Below are positions 62,620-64,000 of a stretch of 64,000 bases of DNA, piece by piece. How positions within the stretch are numbered: position 1 is the stretch's first letter; each line of letters opens with the position of its first letter. Origin of the DNA: Mobula hypostoma (taxonomy: Eukaryota); assembly GCF_963921235.1 (NCBI RefSeq), contig NC_086098.1, positions 237,894,001 through 237,958,000 on the forward strand, given 5' to 3'. The notes under the pieces are model-generated. The model ran no database searches and was not told the DNA's origin. It worked only from the letters and a program-made list of their open reading frames with translations. Made by a program: the position numbers and the translations under genes.

Positions 62620-64000
62620 TTTTCGCAAACAACAGGAATTCTGCAGATGCTGGAAATTCAAGCAACACACATCAAAGTTGCTGGTGAACGCAGCAGGCCA
62701 AGCAGCATCTGTAGGAAGAGGTGCAGTCGACGTTTCAGGCCGAGACCCTTCGAGAGGACTAACTGAAGGAAGAGTGAGTAAGGGATTTGAAAGTTGGAGG
62801 GGGAGGGGGAGATCCGAAATGATAGGAGAAAACAAGACGGGGAGGGATAGAGCCGAGAGCTGGACAGGTGATAGGCAAAAGGGGATACGAGAGGATCATG
62901 GGACAGGAGGTCCGAGAAGAAAGAGAAGGGGGGGGAACCTAGAGGATGGGCAAGAGGTATATTCAGAGGGACAGAGGGAGAAAAACGAGAGTGAGAGAAA
63001 GAATGTGTGCATAAAAATGAGTAACAGATGAGGTACGAGGGGGTGGTGGGGCCTTAGCGGAAGTTAGAGAAGTCGATGTTCATGCCATCAGGTTGGAGGC
63101 TACCCAGACGGAATATAAGGTGTTGTTCCTCCAACCTGAGTGTGGCTTCATCTTTACAGTAGAGGAGGCCGTGGATAGACATGTCAGAATGGGAATGGGA
63201 TGTAGAATTAAAATGTGTGGCCACTGGGAGATCCTGCTTTCTCTGGCGGACAGAGCGTAGATGTTCAGCAAAGCGGTCTCCCAGTCTGCGTCGGGTCTCA
63301 CCAATATATAAAAGGCCACATCGGGAGCACCGGACGCAGTATATCACCCCAGTCGACTCACAGGTGAAGTGTTGCCTCACCTGGAAGGACTGTTTGGGGC
63401 CCTGAATGGTGGTAAGGGAGGAAGTATAAGGGCATGTGTAGCACTTGTTCCGCTTACACGGATAAGCACCAGGAGGGAGATCAGTGGGGAGGGATGGGGA
63501 GGACGAATGGACAAGGGAGTTGTGTAGGGAACGATCCCTGCGGAATGCAGAGAGAGGTGGGGAGGGAAAGATGTGCTTAGTGGTGGGATCCCGTTGGAGG
63601 TGGCGGAAGTTACGGAGAATAATATGTTGGACCCGGAGGCTGGTGGAGTGATAGGTGAGGACCAGGGGAACCCTATTCCTAGTGGGGTGGCGGGAGGATG
63701 GAGTGAGAGCAGATGTACGTGAAATGGGGGAGATGCGTTTAAGGGAAGAGTTGATAGTGGAGGAAGGGAAGCCCCTTTCTTTAAAAAAGGAAGACATCTC
63801 CCTCGTCCTACAATGAAAAGCCTCATCCTGAGAGCAGATGCGGCGGAGACGGAGGAATTGCGAGAAGCGGATGGCATTTTTGCAAGAGACAGAGTGAGAA
63901 GAGGAATAGTCCAGATAGCTGTGAGAGTCCATAGGCTTATAGTAGACATCAGTGGATAAGCTGTCTCCAGAGACAGAGACAGAAAGATCTAGAAAGGGGA
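62620..64000 (-). mobile_element. Penelope-like element (RT C-terminus plus GIY-YIG endonuclease), young, open to the window edge
   Basis: ORF 63054-63932 (GVIYCVRCSRCGLLYIGETRRRLGDRFAEH...LEEQHLIFRLG) stays open upstream to 64000 (PFLDLSVSVSGDSLSTDVYYKP). Terminal repeat with a hammerhead-like motif at about 62620-62770. Confidence 0.93.

Overview
Repeat-rich vertebrate genomic DNA, very probably from a cartilaginous fish (shark or ray), judged from the immunoglobulin isotype and the CR1/Rex1/Penelope/V-SINE repeat mix. There is one assembly gap (25526-25839). Two minus-strand immune-type genes can be rebuilt from splice signals. (1) A complete three-exon Ig light-chain gene (leader 33034-33082, germline-fused VJ 32573-32926, C 30736-31064) of the type I / sigma-cart kind. 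It has an intact ORF, no RSS, and Leu in place of the J-motif Phe. (2) About 28 kb downstream, a different gene with a leader (2808-2850) and one pre-joined VJ-type Ig exon (1799-2125). This exon has three N-glycosylation sequons and its downstream exons are not found in the window; it looks like a non-rearranging antigen-receptor-like gene. A decayed paralog of that gene's 5' region lies at 13025-16575. Most of the remainder is transposon-derived: CR1, Rex1/Babar, RTE, L1 (one 5'-inverted with a TSD), an R4-like element, Penelope elements with minimal hammerhead motifs, Tc1 remnants, SINEs and solo LTRs. Family assignments come from motif recognition and memory, not database searches. Most repeat boundaries are approximate.
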